A DNA stretch of 64,000 nt, from NCBI GenBank assembly GCA_030583805.1, contig CP129476.1, positions 818,497 through 882,496 of the forward strand. Reading direction: 5' to 3'. The position numbers were made by a program, and so were the translations under genes. Source of the stretch: Patescibacteria group bacterium. Its GTDB lineage: Bacteria; Patescibacteriota; Patescibacteriia; SG8-24; DYFX01. This document shows, in pieces, positions 55,025 through 64,000 of this stretch. Within the stretch, counting starts at the first letter, position 1. Every line of letters begins with the position of its first letter. A model generated the notes under the pieces. It was not told where the DNA came from, did no database searches, and saw nothing but the letters and a program-made list of their open reading frames with translations.

Positions 55025-55612
55025 ATGCGTTCCATCACCCTGATCCTGTCACTCGCGCTCGTCTCGCTCACCGGCTGTCTCTGGGGTTCCCAGCAGGCGA
55101 AGACCAAAACGGTCTACCGCCACGACAACGGCATCTACCCCGCCACCGAGACGTCGATCGAGCAGACGTACGCCGGCAACACCTTCGGTGCTTCGGTGCC
55201 GATCGTGATGGGTGGCGGCTACGGCTACGATCCGGCCACCGGCATGGTCTATGGCCAGGGTGGGTACGGCGCGGGAGGATCTTCCTTCTGCGTCCAATAC
55301 CCGACCCGGTGCGCCTCGAACGTGGTCCTGAACGTTCCGCAGCCGAACGTCGTCATGACGGGCGGTTACGGAAGCCAGGTGACGTTCGCCGCCGGTTCCG
55401 CCGGAACCTACAATCCGGCTCCGCAGGCCGACTACGACGAGGTGCAACAGCGCCTCCTCGACGTCGAGAAGCAAACGGCCGTCATCGGCCCGGCGCTCAA
55501 GGAGCAGCTCCGCCTGCAGTGCCAGATGTTTCTGGCGAATCCAGACGTCATCGAGGACGAGGACAAGCGCGAGAAGCTGGTGCAATCCTGCACCAAGCAG
55601 CTCGCCAAGTGA
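55025..55612 (+). CDS. Gly-rich lipoprotein.
   Basis: Lipobox LTGC; GGYGYDPATGMVYGQGGYGAGG. Confidence 0.55.
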   Translation: MRSITLILSLALVSLTGCLWGSQQAKTKTVYRHDNGIYPATETSIEQTYAGNTFGASVPIVMGGGYGYDPATGMVYGQGGYGAGGSSFCVQYPTRCASNVVLNVPQPNVVMTGGYGSQVTFAAGSAGTYNPAPQADYDEVQQRLLDVEKQTAVIGPALKEQLRLQCQMFLANPDVIEDEDKREKLVQSCTKQLAK

Positions 55613-55653
55613 CCGCAACCGTTCCACCCCACACCGCACACAGGAGATCGACC

Positions 55654-56355
55654 ATGCGTTCGTTCATTCCCACGATCCTCGCGATCATGATGTCCGTCAC
55701 CGGATGCGCCGCCGCTCTGAGCAACGCCGAACGGGCCGAGCTCGAGAAGCTGCGCTCCGCCGACCAGGCCGCCCGCGTCGAGCGTGCCAAGAAGGACGGC
55801 TACCGTCCTCCTGGCGCGCCGCAGATGCCGGCAACCTCGCCGACCCCACCTGCCGTTTCGCCGGGCATCGGCATGAACGGCACGCTCAACCACGGCGGTT
55901 CCGCCGCCGTTGTCGAGACGGTCCGCGGCGAACAGCCCGGCTACCTCTGCGTGGCCGGATCGGAGCCTCGGCAGGCACGGAAGGGTCACAAGATCATGAT
56001 CGTGAACAACTACTGCGACGGAGATCGTGACGGCGGCCTCAACTGCGCCGACAACGACTTCGACGGCTTCGTCGACAACGACAGTTACATGTCGTTCGAG
56101 ATCGACGGCAAGCCGGTCGTGGTGACCGGCGGAGGCTCCCAAGGCCTCCTCAAGCCCAAGCAGCGCTGCTACATCAACGTCGATCGGACGCGCCGCGTCC
56201 ATCTCACGGTGATGCGCCACGCCAACATGGGCACGCGCCGCCAAGCGATCATCGATCCAGCGTCTCCCGACGCGACGTTCTCCACGCTGCTCAGACTCGA
56301 AGGCAACGTGACGAACGTCGACCTCACGGAAAACGATCCGTGGTCGGCGCACTGA
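55654..56355 (+). CDS. Lipoprotein.
   Basis: MRSFIPTILAIMMSVTGC lipobox; internal Met of ORF 55309..56355. Confidence 0.55.
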   Translation: MRSFIPTILAIMMSVTGCAAALSNAERAELEKLRSADQAARVERAKKDGYRPPGAPQMPATSPTPPAVSPGIGMNGTLNHGGSAAVVETVRGEQPGYLCVAGSEPRQARKGHKIMIVNNYCDGDRDGGLNCADNDFDGFVDNDSYMSFEIDGKPVVVTGGGSQGLLKPKQRCYINVDRTRRVHLTVMRHANMGTRRQAIIDPASPDATFSTLLRLEGNVTNVDLTENDPWSAH

Positions 56356-56436
56356 CGACGCATCGCAGTACTCAGAAGTAAAAAAACGGCCCAACGCATT
56401 CGCGAAGGGCCGTTCTTATTTTTCCGGAACTGTTGC

Positions 56437-56859
56437 TTACGGCGTGGCCGTCGTGGCGCGGATGACCGCGTTGATGATGAAGCCGGTGAGCGCGTAGGCC
56501 AGGAAGATGATGATGAGACCGATGATGCACTGCTTGATGATCTCTTTGGCCTTGTCGATCGGGTCGCTCTCGCCGCGCGCCGTCATCCAGAGGAAACCGG
56601 CGTAGACCATGAGGACCAGGAAGATGATACCGAGGAGACCGAGGAGCGTGCGGATGATGCGGCCGATGATGAGCGGGAGCTGCTGGCCAGCCGTGGCGGC
56701 GTCGCCGCTGTTCGGGTTCGGATTGGCGGCGTTCAGGCAGCCAAGGGCGTTTCCGGTGCTCGGGTCGCAAGGAGCTTGCGCGCCGACGGGCATCGCGACC
56801 AGGGCCATCTGACTCATGGTGAGGAGCGAGATGAAACCCAGAAGAAGTTTCTTGAGCAT
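56437..56859 (-). CDS. TrbC/VirB2-like (T4SS-type) pilin paralog 1.
   Basis: Signal peptide, then IIGRIIRTLLGLLGIIFLVLMVYAGFLWMTARGESD ... IIGLIIIFLAYAL: the two-TM pilin core. Confidence 0.6.
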   Translation of the reverse strand: MLKKLLLGFISLLTMSQMALVAMPVGAQAPCDPSTGNALGCLNAANPNPNSGDAATAGQQLPLIIGRIIRTLLGLLGIIFLVLMVYAGFLWMTARGESDPIDKAKEIIKQCIIGLIIIFLAYALTGFIINAVIRATTATP

Positions 56860-56884
56860 ACGATGTGAGGTGATTAGCAGGGGA

Positions 56885-57223
56885 TTAGGCGCCGGCGGCC
56901 GGAGCGGCTGTTCTGGCGACTGCGTTCAGGACGAACGCGGCGATCGCGTAGGCGGCGGAGATGATGATGAGTCCGATCACGGCGTTCTTCAGCAGTTCCT
57001 TGGCGTGCTTCACCTTGGCATCATCGCCTTGCGCCGTCAGCCAGAGGTAGCCGGCGTAGATGATCAGCACCATGAAGACGATGCCGAGGAGCCCGATGAA
57101 GGTGCGTACGAGGTTGCCGATGAGTTCCGGAAGCGTGGTCGGCGAGTTGAGGTTGGCCGCTTCGGCGACGTCGAGCAGTTTGTCCGCACCGAAGTTCTGA
57201 GCCAGTTTTTGCATGTCAGCCAT
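56885..57223 (-). CDS. TrbC/VirB2-like pilin paralog 2.
   Basis: LIGNLVRTFIGLLGIVFMVLIIYAGYLWLTAQGDD ... IGLIIISAAYA. Confidence 0.6.
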   Translation of the reverse strand: MADMQKLAQNFGADKLLDVAEAANLNSPTTLPELIGNLVRTFIGLLGIVFMVLIIYAGYLWLTAQGDDAKVKHAKELLKNAVIGLIIISAAYAIAAFVLNAVARTAAPAAGA

Positions 57224-57234
57224 AGATGGGGCGC

Positions 57235-57804
57235 TTACGAGGCCTCAGCGCAGAGGCCGAAGCTGCAGGGCTGCGCTTCGCTTCCGATCGACGGGTCGCC
57301 CTCGCCGAGGCATTCGCACGTTCCGGTGTAGCAGTAGTTGCCGGGAACGCTGCAGTCCGAGGCGGTCGTGCACGTACGCGTCGTACATTCGTTCGTATCG
57401 ACCGTGATCGGCGTTGGGCCGTTCGGGTCGGACGCCGAGCCTGAGGAGGCTGTACCGGCTACGGCATTGATGACGAAGGCGGTGAGCGCGTACGACGCGG
57501 CGATGATGATGAGTCCCGTGACCGCTCCGGAAATGATCTTCTTTGCCGTATCGATTTTCTTGTCGTCGCCCCGGGCCGTCATGTAGAGAAAGCCGGAGTA
57601 GAGCATCAGGATCAGGAACAGGACGCCGAGATAACTGAGCACCGTCTGGATGAGCCGGCCGATCGTGGCCAGCAAGTCTTTGTTGCCTTTGAGCGAAGAC
57701 GGGGCGGCGGCATCAAGGCCGAATTGGGCGTAGACGTCGGGCAGTGCGACGAGCATGACGGCCACGAGGCACAGCGCCGGAAGAAGAATGCGTTTCAAGC
57801 GCAT
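57235..57804 (-). CDS. TrbC/VirB2-like pilin paralog 3 with a Cys-rich C-terminal extension.
   Basis: Pilin core IGRLIQTVLSYLGVLFLILMLYSGFLYMTARGDD, plus a C-terminal CTTRTCTTASDCSVPGNYCYTGTCECLGEG ... C. An alternative start lies at 57855. Confidence 0.55.
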   Translation of the reverse strand: MRLKRILLPALCLVAVMLVALPDVYAQFGLDAAAPSSLKGNKDLLATIGRLIQTVLSYLGVLFLILMLYSGFLYMTARGDDKKIDTAKKIISGAVTGLIIIAASYALTAFVINAVAGTASSGSASDPNGPTPITVDTNECTTRTCTTASDCSVPGNYCYTGTCECLGEGDPSIGSEAQPCSFGLCAEAS

Positions 57805-57915
57805 ACGTAGAGTGAGTTCAAGGGATCCGGAGATACCGGCGAACGTCGCCGGCATCTCCCGAGACCTTGTGACGACGCCCCGATTCGCATCGGGGCGTCG
57901 CGGTAAGGCGTTGTA

Positions 57916-58314
57916 CTAGGCGGTCGTAGCGGTCACGAGACTGTTGATCACGAACGATGCGATCGCGTAAGCGGTCAAGATGATGATCAAGCCGATAATA
58001 CCGGCCGTGATGATCTTCTTGGCGTCGCCGACGGCTTCATCGGAACCACCGGACGTCATCCATTTGAAACCTCCGTACAGGATGATCATAACGGCAATGA
58101 TACCGAGTAGGCTCATGGCCGTGCGGACGATACGCGCGATCGTGATGCGCAGGTCCTGCTGTTGCTGGCCGAGCTCGGTCGCGATTTGACCGGGCAGGAG
58201 CTCGTTGGACGTCACTGCACCCTGGGCCAAAGCGACCATCGGGAGCGCCATCGTCGCGAGCATTGCCGTACTGATCAGACCCTTGACAAGCGTTTTCTTC
58301 GTCATGCAAATCAC
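57916..58314 (-). CDS. TrbC/VirB2-like pilin paralog 4.
   Basis: IARIVRTAMSLLGIIAVMIILYGGFKWMTSGGSDE. Confidence 0.6.
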   Translation of the reverse strand: MICMTKKTLVKGLISTAMLATMALPMVALAQGAVTSNELLPGQIATELGQQQQDLRITIARIVRTAMSLLGIIAVMIILYGGFKWMTSGGSDEAVGDAKKIITAGIIGLIIILTAYAIASFVINSLVTATTA

Positions 58315-58327
58315 CTCCTTTCAGGCG

Positions 58328-58651
58328 TTAGCCCGTGATAGCCGAGAATACGAAGCGGACAAGTCCGTAACTGGTGAAGATCACCACGAGACCGATCGCC
58401 GCCCATTTCATAGCTTCTTTGCCTGCGCTCACTTTACCAGCCTCGCCACCCGAGGTCAACCAAATAAATCCACCATAGATGAAGACCAGCAGCGCGAGCG
58501 CGCCGACAATGCCGATCGCTGCTCTCAAAATATTGGCAATGAGTTCGGGAACCGAATTGGCGTTGAGCGGATTCTGCAATGTGATGGTTTCTTGGGCTGA
58601 AACGGCGAAAGGAACCAAGAATGCGGCGAGGATGGAAAGAATCTTTTTCAT
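58328..58651 (-). CDS. TrbC/VirB2-like pilin paralog 5 (minimal 107-aa form).
   Basis: Signal peptide, then LIANILRAAIGIVGALALLVFIYGGFIWLTSGGEAGK ... IGLVVIFTSYGL. Confidence 0.65.
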   Translation of the reverse strand: MKKILSILAAFLVPFAVSAQETITLQNPLNANSVPELIANILRAAIGIVGALALLVFIYGGFIWLTSGGEAGKVSAGKEAMKWAAIGLVVIFTSYGLVRFVFSAITG

Positions 58652-58654
58652 ACG

Positions 58655-59728
58655 TCAGGAAGAGGAAAGCGCGTTGAGCAAGATTGAGAGCACTGCGTAT
58701 GAAAGGAAGATCGCGGCGAGGGCGGACACGGTCGTCGTGATCATGCCGCGAGCCTCGGCGACTTTCTTTTCATCGCCCGCGGCGGTCATGTACTTGATGC
58801 CGCCCCAGATGAAGAAGACGAGCGCGATTGCGCCGACGACGCCGAGCAATGTGCGGATGACGCGCCCGATAACCGCAGGCAGACTGATGCTTCCAAGAGG
58901 CAAGGGGAGTGAAATCGCGCTTCCGCGTTCGGTGACCGATCCGGTTCCCGCCGGCGCGCTTTGTTCCATTTTTGCCAGCGCCGCCAGGATGGCGTCACCT
59001 TTACGGATCGCTTCCAAACACGCCCGGTAGCGAGCCTTTGTCTCTTCAGCGTCGGCGGCGCTCAAGTACGAAATGTAGAGGTCACCGCGAACGGTCAAGG
59101 TGCCCGCATCACAGAATTCCGAAAAGGCCATGAACGCATCGTGCTTAGCGCTATGGAATGCGATTTCGTCAGTAAAAAGCTGCGTTCCGGGTTCAATCGT
59201 CAAGCCTTCAATTCCACGCGTTGTACCGAAGGTGAGCACCCGATCGTTCACGTACATGTCGTTCGGAATGATCGTATAGTCGAAAGCGTTTTTGATCGCT
59301 TCCCACGCCGCCTGATCTTCCGGTACGAGCTCGGTGCGTTCGGAGAGGGTGATCGTTTCGCCATCGATGACCACGGTCGGTCGATAGGTATGCTCGCGCG
59401 CGCTTTGATTCAAGATGACGGCGAAGGATTCTTCCGCCAGTTTCCTGCCAGCCGAAAGATGGATGCAGTAGGTTTTCGCATCCGGCCTAGTCGACGTGCA
59501 GTTCGGAAATTGGTCTGCCAACGTGATCGTGCGTTCCGTGGCTCGAAGCGCCAAGTCGTAGTGACTTTCACAAAACGATCGATACTGCGCCGGCACTGGC
59601 GTAGCCGCTTCGGTGCAAGTTATCAATGGCAACCATAACGCTTTGGCAGCGAATGGCGCGGCAGCGACAAAGGCGATCGTGGCGCTGACCATCACTACTC
59701 CGAGCGTTCTTGCGGCAGAATTCTGCAT
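58655..59728 (-). CDS. Fusion protein: ~250-aa N-terminal extracellular domain plus a C-terminal TrbC/VirB2-like pilin core.
   Basis: C-terminal VIGRVIRTLLGVVGAIALVFFIWGGIKYMTAAGDE ... LAAIFLSYAVL. Confidence 0.55.
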   Translation of the reverse strand: MQNSAARTLGVVMVSATIAFVAAAPFAAKALWLPLITCTEAATPVPAQYRSFCESHYDLALRATERTITLADQFPNCTSTRPDAKTYCIHLSAGRKLAEESFAVILNQSAREHTYRPTVVIDGETITLSERTELVPEDQAAWEAIKNAFDYTIIPNDMYVNDRVLTFGTTRGIEGLTIEPGTQLFTDEIAFHSAKHDAFMAFSEFCDAGTLTVRGDLYISYLSAADAEETKARYRACLEAIRKGDAILAALAKMEQSAPAGTGSVTERGSAISLPLPLGSISLPAVIGRVIRTLLGVVGAIALVFFIWGGIKYMTAAGDEKKVAEARGMITTTVSALAAIFLSYAVLSILLNALSSS

Positions 59729-59734
59729 AGACGA

Positions 59735-60433
59735 TTAATTCAAGCAGCAAGCGAAGTCGGCAGGCTTGCTCGGGCAGAGGCCGCGTACGCAGCTCGAAGC
59801 GCCGCTCACGTTCTGGCAGCTGTAGACCTCGCCCCGTTGTCGCTTCTCGAGTTCGCTGTTGAGCGCCTTGCAATCGTCTTTCTTGATGCACACGACCGAC
59901 TCGGGAATGGTCTTTCCGTTGGGATCGATGCCGGCAGGGATTGAGACCCACAAACCGTCAGCCGCGGTGCAGAGCCCACCGTCGCAAACGCCGAGGCCAT
60001 TGCAATCAGCACTCGATGTGCATCCTCTCGGGAGACTCTTCTGCGCGGCAGCATTGCAGGATTCGCCGATCGTCGGGATCGCGGAAGTGCCACCTGTCAA
60101 CGCCTGGGTCGTGAAACGTACGAGGATGCCCGAGAGGAAGATGATGGCGATGCCGATGATCGCGCTCTTCAGGATGCCGATCGCCTTGCCGACCTTCGTC
60201 TTGTCTCCCGCGGCCAGGATGAAGGTAAAACCGCCGTACACGAAATAGAGCAGGGCCACGGCGCCGGAGATGCCGATCAGGTATTCGGCGGCATTGACGA
60301 AGGTGATCAGGATGTCGCTCACGCCGCAGTTGCCGCTTTCGGTGCATGGCGGCAAGAGCCTAATTTGGGCGGAAGCGGCAAAGGGAAGGATGGCGAGCCA
60401 GGCGGGAAGCGCGAAACGAAAAAGGCGTTTCAT
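59735..60433 (-). CDS. TrbC/VirB2-like pilin paralog 7 with a Cys-rich C-terminal domain.
   Basis: Starts at MKRLFRF (an internal Met of the 280-aa ORF); core ISGAVALLYFVYGGFTFILAAGDKTK; 12 Cys in the C-terminal 130 aa. Confidence 0.55.
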   Translation of the reverse strand: MKRLFRFALPAWLAILPFAASAQIRLLPPCTESGNCGVSDILITFVNAAEYLIGISGAVALLYFVYGGFTFILAAGDKTKVGKAIGILKSAIIGIAIIFLSGILVRFTTQALTGGTSAIPTIGESCNAAAQKSLPRGCTSSADCNGLGVCDGGLCTAADGLWVSIPAGIDPNGKTIPESVVCIKKDDCKALNSELEKRQRGEVYSCQNVSGASSCVRGLCPSKPADFACCLN

Positions 60434-60509
60434 ATCGTGAATAAGTGTAGCATAAAAACAACGATCCCGGCTTGAGCCGGGATGCGATGTGTGGACAGGC
60501 TTGTCGGGC

Positions 60510-61901
60510 TTAGCGGATCGTCTGGGCGATGGTCTGGATCGCCAGGTTGATGGCGCGGTTCGGGTCCACTCCCGCAAGTGTCGCGTCGATCATTTCGTCG
60601 AAGGCGCCCTCGGTAGCCGCGATATTTACGCCTTGGTACCAGCTTTTGGCCGTCAGGACTTGGGAGGCGAAGACGCCGAGATCCGGTTCGCTGAGCTGGG
60701 TGTTTACCAGGCTTCGGAGCGCCGTCGGCTTGCCTGTTTTGGCCAAATACAGCTTGGCTTGGTCGGCTTTTGCGGCGAATTGGACGAAATCCCAGGCGGC
60801 ATCGGGGTTTTTCGTCTTTTTAGAGACGGTTTCGACCCAATAATTGGCGTAATTGACCCTTGCGGCCGGGTCGATCTGCGGCACGTTCGTCAGGCTGAAG
60901 TTCAACTTGGGCGCCTGCGAGCGGATGCGCGGAAGGTGGTAGGAATAGCCGAAGAAATAAGCCGTTTTGCCCGAAACGAAGGCGTCGTAGGAGTTCGGCT
61001 GGGTGTCATCCCAGGTGAACACTTCCTTAGAGGGGTTGGCGAAATCCGTGTAGAAGACGAGTGCTTCCAGGCCGGGCGGCACCTCTCGGTCGAGGTTTTC
61101 CGGGGTGCGGTTGAAGGTCGGGATACCGTTGGCATCCGTCATTCTCGCGCCATTTTGCATCATGAGGAGCGAAAGAAGGTCGAAAGAACGCTCGACATTC
61201 TTCGAGGTACCGATGCCGACGGCCGGTTTTACGAGCTTTCCCTGGGCGTCATAGGCGGTCAGGCGCTTCACGTGATCCTGGAATTCCGCCCATGTCGTGG
61301 CGGCCGTGGGGATCCCGGCGGCGTTCAGCACGTCGCGGTTGTAGTAGAGCACCATCGTATCGAGCGCCATCGGCAAGCCCCAGAGCTGGTCGACGATGCC
61401 TTTGCCGGGCTCCTCGGCCTGGCCCTTGATGACGACGTCCCGGCTGACCTGGTCGACGAACTGGTCGCGTACTTGGGCCGGAGTGATGACAGGCAGCGTT
61501 TTTTCAACCCATACCGGGTTCTTTTGGACGCCCTGGATCTCGCGGAACGACATTTTCACCGAAGCCGGGGCGGGCAGGAGCTTGGTTTGATACGAGCGGA
61601 TCCAGTCGTTGTGCAAGGAGATGATGTCCGGTCCGCGGTCTTCGGCCAGGGCGTTCAAAAGCTCGCGCTCGTACTCTTCGAGCCGGAGCTTTCGGTAGTT
61701 GACGGTGACGTTCGGGTGGAGCGCGCGATAGGCGGCGACGATTTCGTCGAAGGAGTCGCTGTCATCGAGCACGCGCCAGTAGGTGAGGGTCAGGGGCTTC
61801 GACGACGCGGGCGCCGTTTGGAGATTCGAAGACAGACAGCCGGCACCGCTCACGACCAAAGCGGCCAGGAGGACGATTGAAGCGAGGCGGATGCGCAGCA
61901 T
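60510..61901 (-). CDS. ABC transporter substrate-binding lipoprotein (SBP family 1, sugar/oligosaccharide type).
   Basis: Starts at MLRIRLASIVLLAALVVSGAGC (lipobox); SBP_bac_1-like fold. Confidence 0.75.
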   Translation of the reverse strand: MLRIRLASIVLLAALVVSGAGCLSSNLQTAPASSKPLTLTYWRVLDDSDSFDEIVAAYRALHPNVTVNYRKLRLEEYERELLNALAEDRGPDIISLHNDWIRSYQTKLLPAPASVKMSFREIQGVQKNPVWVEKTLPVITPAQVRDQFVDQVSRDVVIKGQAEEPGKGIVDQLWGLPMALDTMVLYYNRDVLNAAGIPTAATTWAEFQDHVKRLTAYDAQGKLVKPAVGIGTSKNVERSFDLLSLLMMQNGARMTDANGIPTFNRTPENLDREVPPGLEALVFYTDFANPSKEVFTWDDTQPNSYDAFVSGKTAYFFGYSYHLPRIRSQAPKLNFSLTNVPQIDPAARVNYANYWVETVSKKTKNPDAAWDFVQFAAKADQAKLYLAKTGKPTALRSLVNTQLSEPDLGVFASQVLTAKSWYQGVNIAATEGAFDEMIDATLAGVDPNRAINLAIQTIAQTIR

Positions 61902-61905
61902 AGGG

Positions 61906-62772
61906 TTACGAAAGAAGTTTCTTGAGGCCTTTCTTGAACTCGGGCGCGACTTGCGGGTGGCGAAGGCCGTAGGCCATCGAGGCGAGGAGGAATTGGACCT
62001 TGTTTCCGCAGTCGTAGCGGGTGGCGTCGGCAATGCGTCCGTAGATAGCGGCGCCTTTGGTGAGGTGGGTGATGAAGGCGTCCGCCAAGCGGATTTCCCC
62101 GTCTTTTCCGGGCTTTTGCGTCTTCAGGATCTCCATGATCTCCGGCGTGATGATGTACCGGCCGACCGCGGCGAGCGAGGAGGGAGCGTCCTCCATTTTC
62201 GGTTTTTCAACGAAGCCGTCGAGTTCCATGACCGCTTTCGACGTCATGGTGCCGCTCGCGATGCCGTAGCTTGAGACGTTCTTCTTGCCGACGTCGCAGA
62301 GTGCGATGATCGGGTCGTGATATTTCTCGTAGGCGTCGATGAGCTGGGCGGTGACGGGGATGCGGGCGTCGAAGATGTCGTCGCCGAAAAGGATGGCGAC
62401 CGGTTCGTGCGCGTCGACGAAGGGGAGAGCGGCCAGGATCGCGTGGCCGTCGCCGAGCGGCGCTTGCTGGCGCACGAAGGCGAACTTCGCCATGTTCGAG
62501 ATGCGGCGGAGGTTGTCGAGCTCGTCCTTCTTACCTTTTTCCTTCAGGCGCGTTTCCAGCTCGAAGTTGCGGTCGAAATGGTCTTCGATGGCGCGCTTGG
62601 TCAGGCTCGTGACGAAGATGATTTCTTCGATGCCGGAGGCGACGGCCTCCTCGACGACGTACTGAATGACCGGCTTATCGACGATCGTGAGCATCTCTTT
62701 CGGCTGGGCTTTGGTGGCGGGCAGGAAACGCGTTCCCATGCCGGCCACGGGCAGAATGGCTTTGCGGATCTT
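61906..62772 (-). CDS. galU: UTP--glucose-1-phosphate uridylyltransferase.
   Basis: Starts at MKIRKAILPVAGMGTRFLPATKAQPKEML. Confidence 0.9.
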   Translation of the reverse strand, partial: KIRKAILPVAGMGTRFLPATKAQPKEMLTIVDKPVIQYVVEEAVASGIEEIIFVTSLTKRAIEDHFDRNFELETRLKEKGKKDELDNLRRISNMAKFAFVRQQAPLGDGHAILAALPFVDAHEPVAILFGDDIFDARIPVTAQLIDAYEKYHDPIIALCDVGKKNVSSYGIASGTMTSKAVMELDGFVEKPKMEDAPSSLAAVGRYIITPEIMEILKTQKPGKDGEIRLADAFITHLTKGAAIYGRIADATRYDCGNKVQFLLASMAYGLRHPQVAPEFKKGLKKLLS

Positions 62773-62818
62773 CATAGGCGGGATATGGGAAAAGTATAGC
62801 AGAATGTTACGATGTCGC

Positions 62819-64000
62819 CATGCTGCCACAGCGAACCCATCGCGTCTTGTTCTCGTGCCTTCTGGCGATAACGCTTTGTTTTTCGCTCATACATCTCGGT
62901 CGATGGGCGTTGATGGACGCGGATGAGGCGATTTACGCCCGCGTATTCCACGAAAGCCTCGTGCGCGGAGACTTCGCCTCTTTTACGATGCTCGGCCAGC
63001 CGTGGTTCGAAAAGCCTCCGTTGTTCTTTTGGCTCGCGCGCCTGAGCGTCGCCGCGTTCGGCGAGACGGCTTTTGCGCTCAGGCTGGTATCCGCCCTGTC
63101 GATCGTGGCGTGCGTGGCGCTTGTCGTCGCGATCGTCCGACGCCTCACGAAGGATGATGCGGCCGCGCTTGTCGCGGGCGCGACGCTGCTTTTTACGGGA
63201 CTGTTCGTGTTTGCAGGCCGGCAAGTACGAATGGACGTGCCGGTCACGGCGCTGATCCTTCTCGCGTTTTACGTGTTCCTTTCGGGGCAGGAACGGCCTC
63301 GACGGCTCGCATGGTTCGGTCCAGTCGTCGCGGCGGGCGTTTTGTGCAAAAGCGTTATCGGCCTCTTGGCCTATCCCGCCATTCTCATTTTTTCGCTCCT
63401 TCGCGGGGATTGGCGCTGGCTCAAAAGCAAATGGTTTTGGGGCGGGCACGCGATCGGCGCGCTGCTCGTCCTGCCGTGGCACGCGTATCAGACGGCCAGG
63501 TTCGGCCGCGCCTTCTGGGATTCGTATCTCTTCGCCCAAGTGCTCGCGCGCGTGAACCAAGCCGTCGTCTACGGGCGCGAGGCGCCGATCACGTACCATC
63601 TGAAACAGCTCTTCGTTCTCGCGAACCCCTGGCTGTTCGCCTTTCTCGCGGCGCTCGCGTGGGCGTGCGTCGTCGCCAGAAAAGAATGGCGGGCGTACCG
63701 GGACGAAATCGCGTCAGGCATGCTCGCGCTGTTTTTCTTTCTGCTTTTCTTCCTGCCGAGGACGCGGCTCTTGTATTACTTCGTCCCCGCGCTGCCGTTT
63801 ACGGCCATCTTCCTGGCGCTGGTTTGGCGCCGATGGCGCATGCGGGCTCCCCGCGCGGCTGTCGTCGTGCTGTACGCGTGTCTTGCGCTCGGAGCGCTCG
63901 GCACGTCGCTCAGGATTTTCGACCAGCGCGACCGCGACCTGTTCTTGCGGCCATTGTCCGTGCCAAGCCGGTACATGATCGCTGAAGACGAAAAAATCGC
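62819..64000 (+). CDS. GT39/GT83 (ArnT/PMT-like) membrane glycosyltransferase, N-terminal ~394 aa; continues beyond the window end.
   Basis: Hand translation: MLPQRTHRVLF ... DADEAIYARVFHESLVRGDF ... GQPWFEKPPLFFWL (the DE...KPPL motif of ArnT/PMT). Multiple TM helices. No stop reached, so absent from the ORF track. Confidence 0.7.

Overview
The window is a gene-dense, high-GC (roughly 60-65% by eye) bacterial chromosomal segment. It holds about 75 protein-coding genes, two tRNAs (tRNA-Arg-TCT and tRNA-His-GTG, the latter with an encoded G-1 and CCA) and many hairpin/T-run terminators and TTGACA-type promoters. Recognisable housekeeping genes include a partial H+-pyrophosphatase at the left edge, a cation/proton antiporter, rnhB, a LysM+M23 peptidase, comM/yifB, lspA, a dksA-like gene, the rpsO-pnp operon, rpsP, xerC/D, a sensor histidine kinase, a DedA protein, malic enzyme, two DHH/DHHA1 (NrnA-like) phosphoesterases, a short SMC, clpP, a VanW-Hsp20 pair, an ABC substrate-binding protein, galU and a partial GT39/ArnT-like glycosyltransferase at the right edge. 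Several regions stand out. (1) At 44.4-49.4 kb there is a co-directional nine-gene islet of small acidic, membrane and lipoprotein ORFans, driven by a near-consensus sigma70 promoter and bounded by bidirectional terminators, which carries two families of conserved, structured intergenic elements; one family has perfect 17-nt palindromes whose outer positions differ between the two copies while the palindrome stays perfect. (2) At 56.4-60.4 kb there is a seven-gene tandem array of TrbC/VirB2-like (T4SS-type, Patescibacteria-style) pilin paralogs, some fused to Cys-rich or large extra domains. (3) A PRTase, a caspase-like protein and a low-GC DUF3800 gene form a minus-strand cluster that resembles retron type III accessory genes without a reverse transcriptase. 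(4) A 590-bp non-coding region carries a cluster of DnaA boxes, a candidate oriC. (5) The SMC is unusually short (767 aa) and hinge-less. (6) There are several tandem translationally coupled paralog pairs and micro-ORF trios. Overall the gene content (pilin arrays, many ORFans, individually insulated transcription units) looks like a reduced-genome or CPR/Patescibacteria-like organism, but this is inference only. Coordinates for internal start codons and RNA features were derived by hand and may be off by 1-2 nt.
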